A DNA stretch of 64,000 nucleotides from Myxococcota bacterium. Lineage in GTDB: Bacteria; Myxococcota_A; SURF-8. Below the pieces are notes generated by a model. The model was not told the DNA's origin and made no database searches. It saw only the letters and a list, made by a program, of their open reading frames with translations. Numbering within the stretch: the first letter of the stretch is position 1; each line of letters begins with the position of its first letter. Made by a program: the position numbers and the translations under genes. Where the stretch lies: the NCBI GenBank assembly GCA_963674735.2, contig CAXXQS010000002.1, forward strand, positions 64,001 to 128,000, written 5' to 3'. Positions 9,513-18,771 of this stretch are shown here, piece by piece.

Positions 9513-9720
9513 GGTGTAACTCCCGCCGTCGCGTTGCGGCTCTTGAAACCGGCTGTCTTTTCGATGGGGCAGACAACCGGTCTGTCGAACGATCGCCGTC
9601 CTTGTCCGGACCCTTTTTTGAAGCGTGAAGCATCCCCCGCACTCGACCGGATGTCAAGTAAGAAATCGGTTGGCAGGCAGAAGACGAAAGACCGCACCAT
9701 GCATCTATTTAACCATATTA

Positions 9721-9737
9721 TGATTACATTGTAGTCA
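9721..9737. promoter_or_regulatory. Palindromic operator-like site upstream of the efflux adaptor
   Basis: TGATTACA-T-TGTAGTCA, one mismatch in an 8-bp inverted repeat. Confidence 0.4.
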
Positions 9738-9834
9738 CGGCGACTCGGTCTCGGTTGGTCCTTCGAATTTCCTCCATCCGGCCGGAATCGGTGCCTGTTT
9801 TCCGGCCAGCACGCTCGCTCTGACATCCGTATCC

Positions 9835-10290
9835 TGTTGATATTACGAGGTTATCCACCTGTTTTGATGGCCGTTTGCCGCCCTATTTCGACTCCAGCCA
9901 GCCGAAATCGAAAAAGTGTTGTCATATCAATGAGATAAGGGTGCAACTCTTAAATATCTTCTATATAATATATTAAATATAATTAAATTGGACACTCTGA
10001 AGACGCGTATCTCCCTTCGTTAGAACGAAAAATCGCGCTCAGGCGGTCAGCGGACGGAAGGTCTAACGTGTTGGTATTGAAAAACTATTTTTATTTTTAC
10101 GTTTATCGAACCCGCAGCGGGACGCAATGCGCCGCAGGCCGTCTGACACACTTTCCCTCTCGCCGGTGTGACGTATTACGGCAATCCTTGTTATCCGATA
10201 GGAATTGTACTTTACCCCCCGGCGCGCGGCCGAAAAACCCAATGATTTCGCGAAAACGAAAAAAGGGCTCCTGAAAACGGCGCAACGGAC
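9835..10290. repeat. Dispersed roughly 450-bp non-coding element, copy A
   Basis: Ungapped match to 52343-52800 at offset 42,508: 62/80 identity over 9901-9980 and 65/90 over 10161-10250 (hand count), including identical GGTGTGACGTATTACGGCAA. Confidence 0.85.
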
Positions 10291-10456
10291 GCATCGAGGT
10301 CATTTCAGGTATTCCGGCAAAAATCGACCTGCTCAGCCGTTTTCGTCGTTTTGGCGTTTTTCGTCCGTCGCGGCAACAGGACGAAACGGCGCAGCCAGCG
10401 CCCCAGTCGGTTCGGTGCGTTCGCGCCGGGCATTTGGCTGCACGTGTTTGTGAACA

Positions 10457-10485
10457 TTGCTCTTCCCCCGCAAACTTGCTAGAGT
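10457..10485 (+). promoter_or_regulatory. Putative sigma70 promoter for the 10521 operon
   Basis: TTGCTC-17 bp-TAGAGT with an extended TG. Confidence 0.45.
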
Positions 10486-10520
10486 GATGCAATCGGTACC
10501 GAAACGGAGAGCACGCCCCC

Positions 10521-11546
10521 ATGGCCGAGACGCCTTATATCGCCTGCCCGATTTGCAAGGGCCACACCCGATGTCGCGGGGAGCGCTACGTGAATCGACA
10601 GCCCCACGCGGCTTGTTTCACGCCCGACGATCACGTGGATATCCCCTTCCAGCTTCGCCACCTGCGGCGGCTGGCGGCGCTGGCCGGAGTGGAAACAGCT
10701 TTCGGCGACGCTTACTGGAGCCTGCTTACGGAACCGCTCGACTGGGCCCAGGGCCGTTCGTCGCGCCCCATCGAATACTCCATGAGTTTCACTCCCGACC
10801 GCGTGTCCGCCTTCCGTTTCTCGCTCGCGTATTTCGACCATCAGCCGCTTCTATTGCGCCAGGATGCCCGGCACCTGCTGGAACTGATCGCCAACGCCGC
10901 GCCCGAGCTGGCCGCCGTGGCCGAGCGCACGCTCGACGGCATCCATTCGCGGGTCGTTAAGCAGCTTCTTTACGGCGTCGATTGGCGGGCCGACGGGGGC
11001 GGCCGCCACAAATTCTACCTGCGCTTGTCCGACCGTTACCCGCAGCAGAAAGAATCCATGCTGCGTCAATTGCATCCTCTATTAGCCGATATCCCATTCA
11101 CGCGCGAACCCTTTTCGCGTACGCGTCTGGTAGGCTTCGATCTTCATGGGGACGCTCGTCCGCCCGATATCAAGCTGTATTGCCAGTACGAGACGGTGAA
11201 TATCGACGCGGCGCTGGACTTGACGAAACGACATCCGTTCATCGCCTACCTGAAACCGATGCGCCCGCTTTTGCGCGAGCTGCTGACCATCTTTCGTCTG
11301 CGCCCGGATACGCCGCCCGACCCGACCGATCCGGACGAGGTCGATTTGCACATGCTGTTCAACCGGCTTGAAACGCGCGACATCCTGCGTTTTGTGAAAC
11401 AAGCGCAACTGGCGTTTCCCCTGCGGTCGTTTATCGACCTCACCCACGACAGCGTGATCGTGCCGACCTCCGTCACCTTTCCGCGCGCGCCGCTTGCGAA
11501 AATGAATCTGTACTACCTCGCCGTGGAGCCGCGCCGTGCCGGTTGA
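10521..11546 (+). CDS. LynF/TruF/PatF-like (ABBA-fold) prenyltransferase homolog with N-terminal CxxC extension
   Basis: LLYGVDWR...HKFYLRL..YPQQ and LVGFDL.G....IKLY resemble the GxDxR...K.....YP and GFDF..G...IELY strands of cyanobactin F proteins (recalled, not searched). Confidence 0.55.
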   Translation: MAETPYIACPICKGHTRCRGERYVNRQPHAACFTPDDHVDIPFQLRHLRRLAALAGVETAFGDAYWSLLTEPLDWAQGRSSRPIEYSMSFTPDRVSAFRFSLAYFDHQPLLLRQDARHLLELIANAAPELAAVAERTLDGIHSRVVKQLLYGVDWRADGGGRHKFYLRLSDRYPQQKESMLRQLHPLLADIPFTREPFSRTRLVGFDLHGDARPPDIKLYCQYETVNIDAALDLTKRHPFIAYLKPMRPLLRELLTIFRLRPDTPPDPTDPDEVDLHMLFNRLETRDILRFVKQAQLAFPLRSFIDLTHDSVIVPTSVTFPRAPLAKMNLYYLAVEPRRAG

Positions 11547-12984
11547 CGATCTGAAAAACGGCGTCGCCCGCCGCATCGTTCTGGTCAATCCGCCGGTGGT
11601 CGCCGTCGATCGCGTGCAGCTCGATTACTATGCCGACGCCCAGCCCTACGGCCTCTTTCAACTGGCCGACTGGCTGGAAAGCCTAGGGCACGAAACCGCC
11701 CTGGTCGATCTGATGGCCTACGGCAAACACAGCCGGGGCTGGGACGATCTGCTTTCCACCGGTGAATTGACGCCTATCGCTCCTCTTGAAAGCGGCGTCG
11801 CCGGATTGAAGCTCGACGCTTGGCGCTACGGCTACGGCCTCAAACGCCTGGCCGCCTTTTTCGATGCCTATCCCGGCGAACCGGACGAAGTGTGGGTCAG
11901 CTGCTCGATGCTATTTAACGCATATTTAGCTCATGAGGCGTCATCCTATATCAAACGTCGTTACCCGAAAACGCGCCTTCGCATGGGCGGCGGCTATGCG
12001 TCGCTTTCCCCGGAACACGCGCAACAGAACGGAGCCGACGAAGTGTCGACCGGGCGTCTGCTCGACGCCGATCGCCGCCAACCCGGTACGCAGCATCTGC
12101 AACGCGACCAGCATTTCACCTTGTTTCGCTTGACTTGCGGCTGCCCGAACCACTGCGCCTTCTGCATCAACGGACGTCAGCCGCTGCACCGCTTTTCCAT
12201 CGACGATGTGTTGAACTATATCGAACGCGCGCATCGCGAAACCGGGATTCGACACTTCAACAACTGGGATCCCAACGTGCTGCGCTTCAAGCCGCACCTC
12301 AAGCGTTTTTTGCAACGCATGGCCGAACGCGATCTGGATGTGTCGCTGCGCTTCGATATGGGCTTCGAACCCGATCTGATCGACGACGAGTTGATTACCC
12401 TCTTAAAACAGGGGGGCGTCGAAGCCTTCACCATCCCGCTCGAATCCACCGATCCGCTGTTCGCCGAGTTTTTCGAGAAACCCTACACCATCGTGTCGTC
12501 GATTCGGGCGCTCGAAAAATTGAAGACGGCGGGGGTCGATCTTTCGGCTTCGCACGGCAGTTCCATTATCGGCTACCCGGAAGAAAAGCTGCGCGACCTC
12601 TTCACCCTGTATCACGTGGCGCGCCATTACCGCCTGATCTCCACGCCCTTTCCCATCGTCGTGTTGCCCCACTCCCCGGTATTCGAACGCTACCGCCGCA
12701 TCATGGAACCGCGCCCTTTCCGACGCTACAACGGACACCTCTTCCCGTTGATCGACGATAAACAGCGCCTGGGGCTCTACCGCCGCCTGATTTTATTGCT
12801 TACCGCCTCCAGCCTGGACGTTTCCGACCGGCTGATCGAGCGCTTTCCCGATGCGGTGCAGGCCGATTACGCCGCCGGAAAAACACGCGCCGAAGGCTTG
12901 ATCGAGCAGGCCTTGTCGCGTCCCCAAGCGGACAGCCTGGACTTGCTGGATGCCATTTACCGGGATCTGGATGGGGGGAGATAA
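11536..12984 (+). CDS. Cobalamin-binding radical SAM protein
   Basis: N-terminal IVLVNPP...PYGL..LA..L...GH...GGGYAS B12-binding-type domain; CPNHCAFC motif; IIGYPEE; overlaps the upstream stop. Confidence 0.88.
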   Translation: MPVDDLKNGVARRIVLVNPPVVAVDRVQLDYYADAQPYGLFQLADWLESLGHETALVDLMAYGKHSRGWDDLLSTGELTPIAPLESGVAGLKLDAWRYGYGLKRLAAFFDAYPGEPDEVWVSCSMLFNAYLAHEASSYIKRRYPKTRLRMGGGYASLSPEHAQQNGADEVSTGRLLDADRRQPGTQHLQRDQHFTLFRLTCGCPNHCAFCINGRQPLHRFSIDDVLNYIERAHRETGIRHFNNWDPNVLRFKPHLKRFLQRMAERDLDVSLRFDMGFEPDLIDDELITLLKQGGVEAFTIPLESTDPLFAEFFEKPYTIVSSIRALEKLKTAGVDLSASHGSSIIGYPEEKLRDLFTLYHVARHYRLISTPFPIVVLPHSPVFERYRRIMEPRPFRRYNGHLFPLIDDKQRLGLYRRLILLLTASSLDVSDRLIERFPDAVQADYAAGKTRAEGLIEQALSRPQADSLDLLDAIYRDLDGGR

Positions 12985-13070
12985 GCGGAGAGATGGCTCA
13001 GTTACTCCGGTGTTGGCGCGCGGCTCTCCAGGGCTAGCCCTTGACCCCTCTTGCCCTTTGCTCTTTTTGT

Positions 13071-13136
13071 TCCGCCATTCCCGCGAAGGCGGGAATCCAG
13101 GGCATGGATCCCCGGGTCAAGCCCGAAGATGACGGA
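13071..13136. repeat. Inverted pair of CGTC-type REP-like elements
   Basis: CGCCATTCCCGCGAAGGCGGGAATCCA (ATTCCC-N8-GGGAAT) and inverted CGTCATCTTCGGGCTTGACCCGGGGATCCA between convergent genes. Confidence 0.75.
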
Positions 13137-13195
13137 GGTGGCCGCAGTGGAACGCAGGGAGCGGCCCTTCGAGTCGAAAACCGCTTTTCGGCGCA

Positions 13196-13669
13196 CTATC
13201 CTTGCCTGCTTGCCAGACGTTTCTCTAATTTGACGCGCCACTCGTCGGGGATATCGGCTTTGCGGCCCCGCTCGTAATCGTAGCTGACCACCAGTGCGTC
13301 GCCGACAGCCGCGACTTTCCCTTGTTTTTCACTCACCACGATGTTTTCCATCAGAAAACGGTCCCGTTCCAGGCTGATTACGCGGGTTCCCACCCAGGCG
13401 GTATCGGGATAGGTCAGCGGAAATTTGAAGCGGCAGGACGTCCCGGCCAGGATCGGCCCGATTTTCCCGAGGCTTCCATCGCGCGTGATGGCAAGAGACT
13501 CGAAAAATGCGATGCGGGCGCTTTCGGTGTAGCGAAAATAGAGAACATTGTTGACGTGCCGGAAGGCATCCATGTCGCCCCACGCAATCGGAACCGGTAA
13601 AACGGTATCGTAATCCTGCAAGACTTCTTTCACGGAATCCGGCATCGTCGCTTGAAGCATGTCGTTCAC
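13196..13669 (-). CDS. Acyl-CoA thioesterase (YbgC/4HBT hot-dog family)
   Basis: WGDMDAFRHVNNVLYFRYTESAR motif; FKFPLTYPD. Confidence 0.93.
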   Translation of the reverse strand: MNDMLQATMPDSVKEVLQDYDTVLPVPIAWGDMDAFRHVNNVLYFRYTESARIAFFESLAITRDGSLGKIGPILAGTSCRFKFPLTYPDTAWVGTRVISLERDRFLMENIVVSEKQGKVAAVGDALVVSYDYERGRKADIPDEWRVKLEKRLASRQG

Positions 13670-15240
13670 TTTCTCTCCTCATCCTCCGAGGGTGCGGATT
13701 GCTCGTTATTTAGGCAATAATCATCCAACTCGGCCTTGTTGAAAGGCATCGAGCCGCAGGGTCGGTAGTGCGCCGCCAACCCTGCACGGACACGCGCCAC
13801 GAGTCCCGGCCGATACTGCTGAACGCGCACCGTCTCCAGAATGCGCACGCGCGTATGATTGCCGCAGGCGGCCAGCAGCTCTTCCGGTGAAGCCGAAAGC
13901 CCAACCGCGGCCACCGCGAAATGTCCTTCGGGATCGTAATAGCGCAGCAGCACCTGGGCGTGCTCGTAGAAAATCAGCGGACGATCGCCGGGCTGCGCCG
14001 TATCGGACAGGTATTTCACCGCCGCCCGCATATCCACTTTGGCGTAGCGATCTTGACTATAATGGTTGACCAACGACCAGCCGAGAACAAGCATCATTCC
14101 CAGCGCCACCCCAAACGCGACCCGACGCGGAAGCCGAACGAACGCCCCCGCCGCCAGCAACCAGAAAAACGGCAGGCCCACCAGCGCATAGCGCAGATTG
14201 AAGGGCACACTGGGAAGCAGCAGCGCGGCCAGATAGGTCAGACCCAGCGGCACAACCGCCAACAACACGGCCAAACGTAGGACGGGTTGTTTACGTTCAC
14301 GCCACGCCCAGACCGCCATGATCGCCAGCAACACAGCCAGCAGCAGTCCCGCCGCCACAAGCGCCGGACCATCCGTCTCGAAAAGACGCAGGATCGCTCC
14401 GTTGCCCAAAGAGGCCCGCAACTGACGGATTTCGGTCACGGGCGGACCGAGGGACGTCCCGACGGCGAAACTGTAAAGCGCGAAGGCGAGATCGGAGAGC
14501 CCGGTGGGCCGAACGCTGCCGATACCCATCTCGGTTTTGTTCAGAAACGCCAGCACCCGTGGCATGAAACCGACCCCGACAAACAGAAACGAAAGCGTGA
14601 AGGGAAGCCAGCGATCGAAGCGACGTCGTCCTTCCAATAAAAGGAACAGCCCGAAAGCCGCGAATAAAAACACGGAATTGAGGTAGGTCCACAAAGCGGC
14701 GCCGGCCAACACCGCCATCAAAGCCCAGTCGCGCCGACGGTTCGATTGGACCGCCACCCAGAAAGCATGGGCACTCGCCACCCCGAGCAACACCCAGAGC
14801 GCATACATGCGGGCTTCCTGGGAATACCAGATATGCAGCGGCGAAACCGCCAACAGCAACGCGGCGGCGCGAGCGGTCGGACGATCGAAGAGGCGCAAGG
14901 CAAAGAAAAACAGCATTCCCACACACAACGCGCCGAAAAGCGCCGACGGAAAACGCAAGGCCCATTCGGAGGTTCCCGCCAAACCGCAAAAGCCGTAGAG
15001 CAGCACGTGATAGAAGGGACCGATGTGGCCTTCCACCGCCCGCACGACCGCCCCCACGGAATCGGCTGAAATCTGATTGTAGATCGCGGCTTCATCCAAC
15101 CACAGGCTCTGACGGTCCAAGCCGACCAAACGGATGACCAAAGCGAACGCGCTCCAAACGCCGAACTCGATCCAGTCGGACCGTCCGTTACGTCGATTCG
15201 GGCTTTCTCCGAGCGCCAATATTTCGTCGTTTTTTTTCAC
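13666..15240 (-). CDS. GT-C glycosyltransferase family 39 (PMT/ArnT-like)
   Basis: SLWLDEA, H.GPFY, LRFPSALFG, SPLHIWYSQEARMYAL; many TM helices. Confidence 0.9.
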   Translation of the reverse strand: MKKNDEILALGESPNRRNGRSDWIEFGVWSAFALVIRLVGLDRQSLWLDEAAIYNQISADSVGAVVRAVEGHIGPFYHVLLYGFCGLAGTSEWALRFPSALFGALCVGMLFFFALRLFDRPTARAAALLLAVSPLHIWYSQEARMYALWVLLGVASAHAFWVAVQSNRRRDWALMAVLAGAALWTYLNSVFLFAAFGLFLLLEGRRRFDRWLPFTLSFLFVGVGFMPRVLAFLNKTEMGIGSVRPTGLSDLAFALYSFAVGTSLGPPVTEIRQLRASLGNGAILRLFETDGPALVAAGLLLAVLLAIMAVWAWRERKQPVLRLAVLLAVVPLGLTYLAALLLPSVPFNLRYALVGLPFFWLLAAGAFVRLPRRVAFGVALGMMLVLGWSLVNHYSQDRYAKVDMRAAVKYLSDTAQPGDRPLIFYEHAQVLLRYYDPEGHFAVAAVGLSASPEELLAACGNHTRVRILETVRVQQYRPGLVARVRAGLAAHYRPCGSMPFNKAELDDYCLNNEQSAPSEDEERK

Positions 15241-15459
15241 GTTTTTTACATTTCCATGTCAAAAAGTGCACGCAATTCGGGAAACAGCCCGTATTTTACT
15301 AAGAAAGTGGCTTCAGTGTATCCATTCCATCCATTTCCGGCCAGTCAAAAATCATGTAAAAAAGGCTTGTCAAGTTGATTTAAGCATGTTACCGTAATTT
15401 CGGCGGTTACAGAAAGTTTAGAAGTCGAGCTTTCTCCGGTAGCAAACAGGGAGTCCGTT

Positions 15460-16020
15460 GTGGCGCAATCAACAGCATCGAACAAAAAAGTCTTTACGAC
15501 GGGAGCCATCGCGCGCCTGTTCGGAATCAACATCAACACCGTCATCAAGTGGTTCGATGAAGGTAAGCTCGAAGGATTCCGGCTTCCCATCAGCAACGAC
15601 CGACGCATCCCGCTCGGCAGCCTGCGCAAATTCATGACAACGCATCAAATTCCGATGGACCTGCTCGACGATTCCACTCAGGCCCGCCGCATGTATACCC
15701 GTATCCCGATTTCCAGCCAAATCACGTTCACCGCCCAAAACGGCCACACTTACGGGCCGTACGAAGGTCATTTAAGCGATCTATCGCAAGGCGGCGCCCG
15801 TATTCTGGCGGGAGGGATCGAAGCTTTTTCCATTCCGTCGCAACAGTTCGGAATGATGATCACCGTCAAAGACGGTCCCCTGGCGGATAGTTCTTTCTCC
15901 GGCCAGGTCGTACATCTGCAACCGATGGAAGATGAACTTGCCATCGGTATGAAATTCGCCGATATCGATGCTCCCAACCAAGGCAGACTGCTGTCTTACC
16001 TCAACTCTCAGTTAAGCTGA
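15460..16020 (+). CDS. Excisionase/MerR-like HTH fused to a PilZ domain
   Basis: FTTGAIARLFGININTVIKWFDEGKL..FRLP...RRIP (HTH_17); PilZ motifs RMYTR (RxxxR) and DLSQGG. Confidence 0.88.
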   Translation: MAQSTASNKKVFTTGAIARLFGININTVIKWFDEGKLEGFRLPISNDRRIPLGSLRKFMTTHQIPMDLLDDSTQARRMYTRIPISSQITFTAQNGHTYGPYEGHLSDLSQGGARILAGGIEAFSIPSQQFGMMITVKDGPLADSSFSGQVVHLQPMEDELAIGMKFADIDAPNQGRLLSYLNSQLS

Positions 16021-16192
16021 ACCGCCCGCGCGCCCTCTCACACACTGTTTTTTATCGATAAGCTCCTTGCTGTAAGGGACTTTGGAATACTACGCCCACC
16101 AAACCGATCCATAGACATGTGAGAACAACGTGTCATGTTTGGGTGGGGTCAGGTTCCGGTCAAAAAAAAGTAGCTGACAAGCTAGGTTTTTC

Positions 16193-16220
16193 TTGACAAA
16201 TTTAGGAACGTATATAGAAT
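16193..16220 (+). promoter_or_regulatory. Putative sigma70 promoter
   Basis: TTGACA-16 bp-TAGAAT upstream of ATG 16265. Confidence 0.6.
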
Positions 16221-16264
16221 AACCACTAGATGGAAAATATAGAACCATTAGAAGGGAGTCGGAC

Positions 16265-18523
16265 ATGACACGACGAGTGATGGGATTGGCGATATTGGCG
16301 GCGGTGGCTTTCGCCCTACCGGCCTATGCCAACGTCATGAACGAAACCGCACAGGTCTGTTTTACCGATACGGACCAGGATGGGTTCAGCGAGACCCTGA
16401 CGATGGATCCTCAGCAGCATCAGATCCTCAATGCCTATCCGGACGATCCGCTCAACGATTTCAACGGATTCGACCAGGGCTGCCAGCTTCCCAAAAGCTA
16501 TGCGGAGTATCCGACTCTGAGCCTCACGGGCGAAGTTCTCTATTCGACCGATCCGCAAGTCGATCCGTGCATGAACGGCGAGCTGGAGCTTGAAAAAGAG
16601 GAGTACGAGGACGGCTACAAGCTGTTCCTGCTCGACTCGGCCACCTGCCAATACCGCATGGCGATGGAAATGGATGTTATCATTTGTATGGCGCAGTTGC
16701 AGAACTGGTGCCCTGTTTCCAAATTCGCCTTCGAGTTCACCAACGCGGAAATCGACAACTTCATCGGTTCGCCCCTGCTCGACTACTATGCCGCACAGCC
16801 GGAAACGCCCTGGAGCTGGGCTTCCGTCACCATGACGTCGACTGAAACCGCCGACTTCGGCGCTTCGATTCAAATCGGTGAGGAATTCTGCGCCGATGCC
16901 GAAATCGCCCAGTTCCCCGGCGAAGAGTGCGACGGCTGCGACGATTGCGGGATCGAGTCCAATGGCCGCATGATGACGCAGTTGGCCAAACGCCATTACC
17001 TGCGCGGTCAGGCGGCGGTATGCTCCGATCCTTCCGGTGAAGGCGTCCTGTGCGACCGTCCCATGATGCTGGCCTCGACCGACATGGCGAGCAGCAAGCT
17101 GAACCTGGCGACACTGCTTCCCGATTACGAAGCCCTCGGCCTGCAGGCGGTCCCGACCTCCCCCAGCGATCTGATCGACATCACCAACGCCAACGACGTT
17201 ATCGCGATGGATCACTTCAAGGACGGCGTGGTCAGCGGCGCAATCCTGTTGGTCGAATCGGAAGACAAAGTTTACGAACATACCAAAATCATCTGCGACC
17301 GCTTCGCCGGTCAGGTGCTCGAACTGGTCACCGATGTACGCGTCAACGACTGGACCTTCCCGATCGCCGTTTTGGCCGATCTCAACGAAGACAAACGGTC
17401 CTTCGCCGTGAGCTTCGCGGTTGCCGACAACACCGTCTTCGCCCGTTGGCTGGTTCAGGACTACCCCGAGCTTCAAGGCCGCACCGTTTATAACATCCAG
17501 CTCTGGTCCTGCTCGCTGGCGGAAACCGTTCGCCTGCTCAAGGCCGAACTGGCCCGCCTGGACGCCGTCTTCGGTTCCGTCGCCAACGGCGACGCGCCCT
17601 TCTCCAGCCGGACCCCCGAAGCCTACTTCATGGCCGCCGAAAAACGCGGGACCGACACCCTGTATATGCTCGCCGGACGTGACCGCAACGACCTGAAAGT
17701 CGAAGTGAGCTACTATCCGGAAACCGGCGACGGCAATCCGCATTTCACCACCTTGGACGTCCCGGCCGAAACCGGTCGCATCCAAGACAGCCTGCCGCCG
17801 TTCTTCGACGCCATGGCCGACCTGGTGAAGCCCGATGGAACCGTGGTCGACACCGTCTACATCGCCGACGGCGCCTTCGCCGCCTTCGACGACACCGAGT
17901 TCGGCGGTTCCTCGCTTCTGTCCTCGACCGTCAACCAGGGCTGCCAACGCGACAGCGACACGCGCCCCGGCGACTTCGTCATCACCGGCTGCGCCCAATC
18001 GCAGGGCATGGTCGACAAGTACGGCGTCATCGTCCGCGTAATGGAAGGTCCGGCCGCCCCGTACGACTTCAGCGACTACCAGGCGATCAGCTTCAGCTAT
18101 CGTTCCGACACCGAACTGGTGTTGTGCATGGAATCCAAAAGGCTCTACGGCCAGTCGCAGTCCTGCATCAACCTGCCGCCAACCGATGGCTTGAAGAAGA
18201 CCTGGATTCCCCTGGATCAGTTCCGCATCTACGGCACGGCCGACGATCCGGCGGTTCTCGACGACATCGTGGCCTTCAGTTGGAACATCTGGAACATGGA
18301 CACGATCATGGGCGGACCTCTCGCCTCCGACTTTGCGGTTGAAGGCGTCACCATGCGGGCGTCCTCGACTCCGGCGGTGGATTACAATTTCGTGAGTGAA
18401 CTGGCCAAGCCCGAAACCTTCGTGGGCTGCCAGAATAGCGATACCCCTTCTGCTTTGGCCGGTTTGCTGCTGCTGGTTCTGTTGGCGGCGCTGCGCTTTT
18501 GCAGAAAGGAGTCGGTGCGCTAA
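16265..18523 (+). CDS. Secreted acidic Cys-rich surface protein with CBM11/CIA30-like domain and MYXO-CTERM-like anchor
   Basis: Signal peptide ending AYA; DFSDYQAISFSYRS...WIPLDQF; C-terminal GCQ...LAGLLLLVLLAALRFCRK. Confidence 0.65.
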   Translation: MTRRVMGLAILAAVAFALPAYANVMNETAQVCFTDTDQDGFSETLTMDPQQHQILNAYPDDPLNDFNGFDQGCQLPKSYAEYPTLSLTGEVLYSTDPQVDPCMNGELELEKEEYEDGYKLFLLDSATCQYRMAMEMDVIICMAQLQNWCPVSKFAFEFTNAEIDNFIGSPLLDYYAAQPETPWSWASVTMTSTETADFGASIQIGEEFCADAEIAQFPGEECDGCDDCGIESNGRMMTQLAKRHYLRGQAAVCSDPSGEGVLCDRPMMLASTDMASSKLNLATLLPDYEALGLQAVPTSPSDLIDITNANDVIAMDHFKDGVVSGAILLVESEDKVYEHTKIICDRFAGQVLELVTDVRVNDWTFPIAVLADLNEDKRSFAVSFAVADNTVFARWLVQDYPELQGRTVYNIQLWSCSLAETVRLLKAELARLDAVFGSVANGDAPFSSRTPEAYFMAAEKRGTDTLYMLAGRDRNDLKVEVSYYPETGDGNPHFTTLDVPAETGRIQDSLPPFFDAMADLVKPDGTVVDTVYIADGAFAAFDDTEFGGSSLLSSTVNQGCQRDSDTRPGDFVITGCAQSQGMVDKYGVIVRVMEGPAAPYDFSDYQAISFSYRSDTELVLCMESKRLYGQSQSCINLPPTDGLKKTWIPLDQFRIYGTADDPAVLDDIVAFSWNIWNMDTIMGGPLASDFAVEGVTMRASSTPAVDYNFVSELAKPETFVGCQNSDTPSALAGLLLLVLLAALRFCRKESVR

Positions 18524-18771
18524 GCGCTAAGCCGCTCCACCGGCTTTGTACTGACAACTTTAATTTCAGGGCAAGGGAAAACTCCTTGCCCTCTCTTTAT
18601 TGGACTGGGTCGTACGCCAAAACAGCCGTTAGGGGGCAACAATGCGGTGGGGAACCCGCAAGGGGGTACGTTATGCCGTTTGGAAAAATTTTGGAAAACA
18701 GTATGGTTATGGAATACAATCAGAACGCGCGAGTTGAAGAATTCTGGTCCACACCACCTGGAGTAAATGGA

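Noticed and set aside
9851-9990. Chromosomal oriC (TTATCCACC near an AT-rich tract)
   Set aside because: Single mismatched DnaA box, not conserved in copy B, and no dnaA/dnaN/gidA nearby
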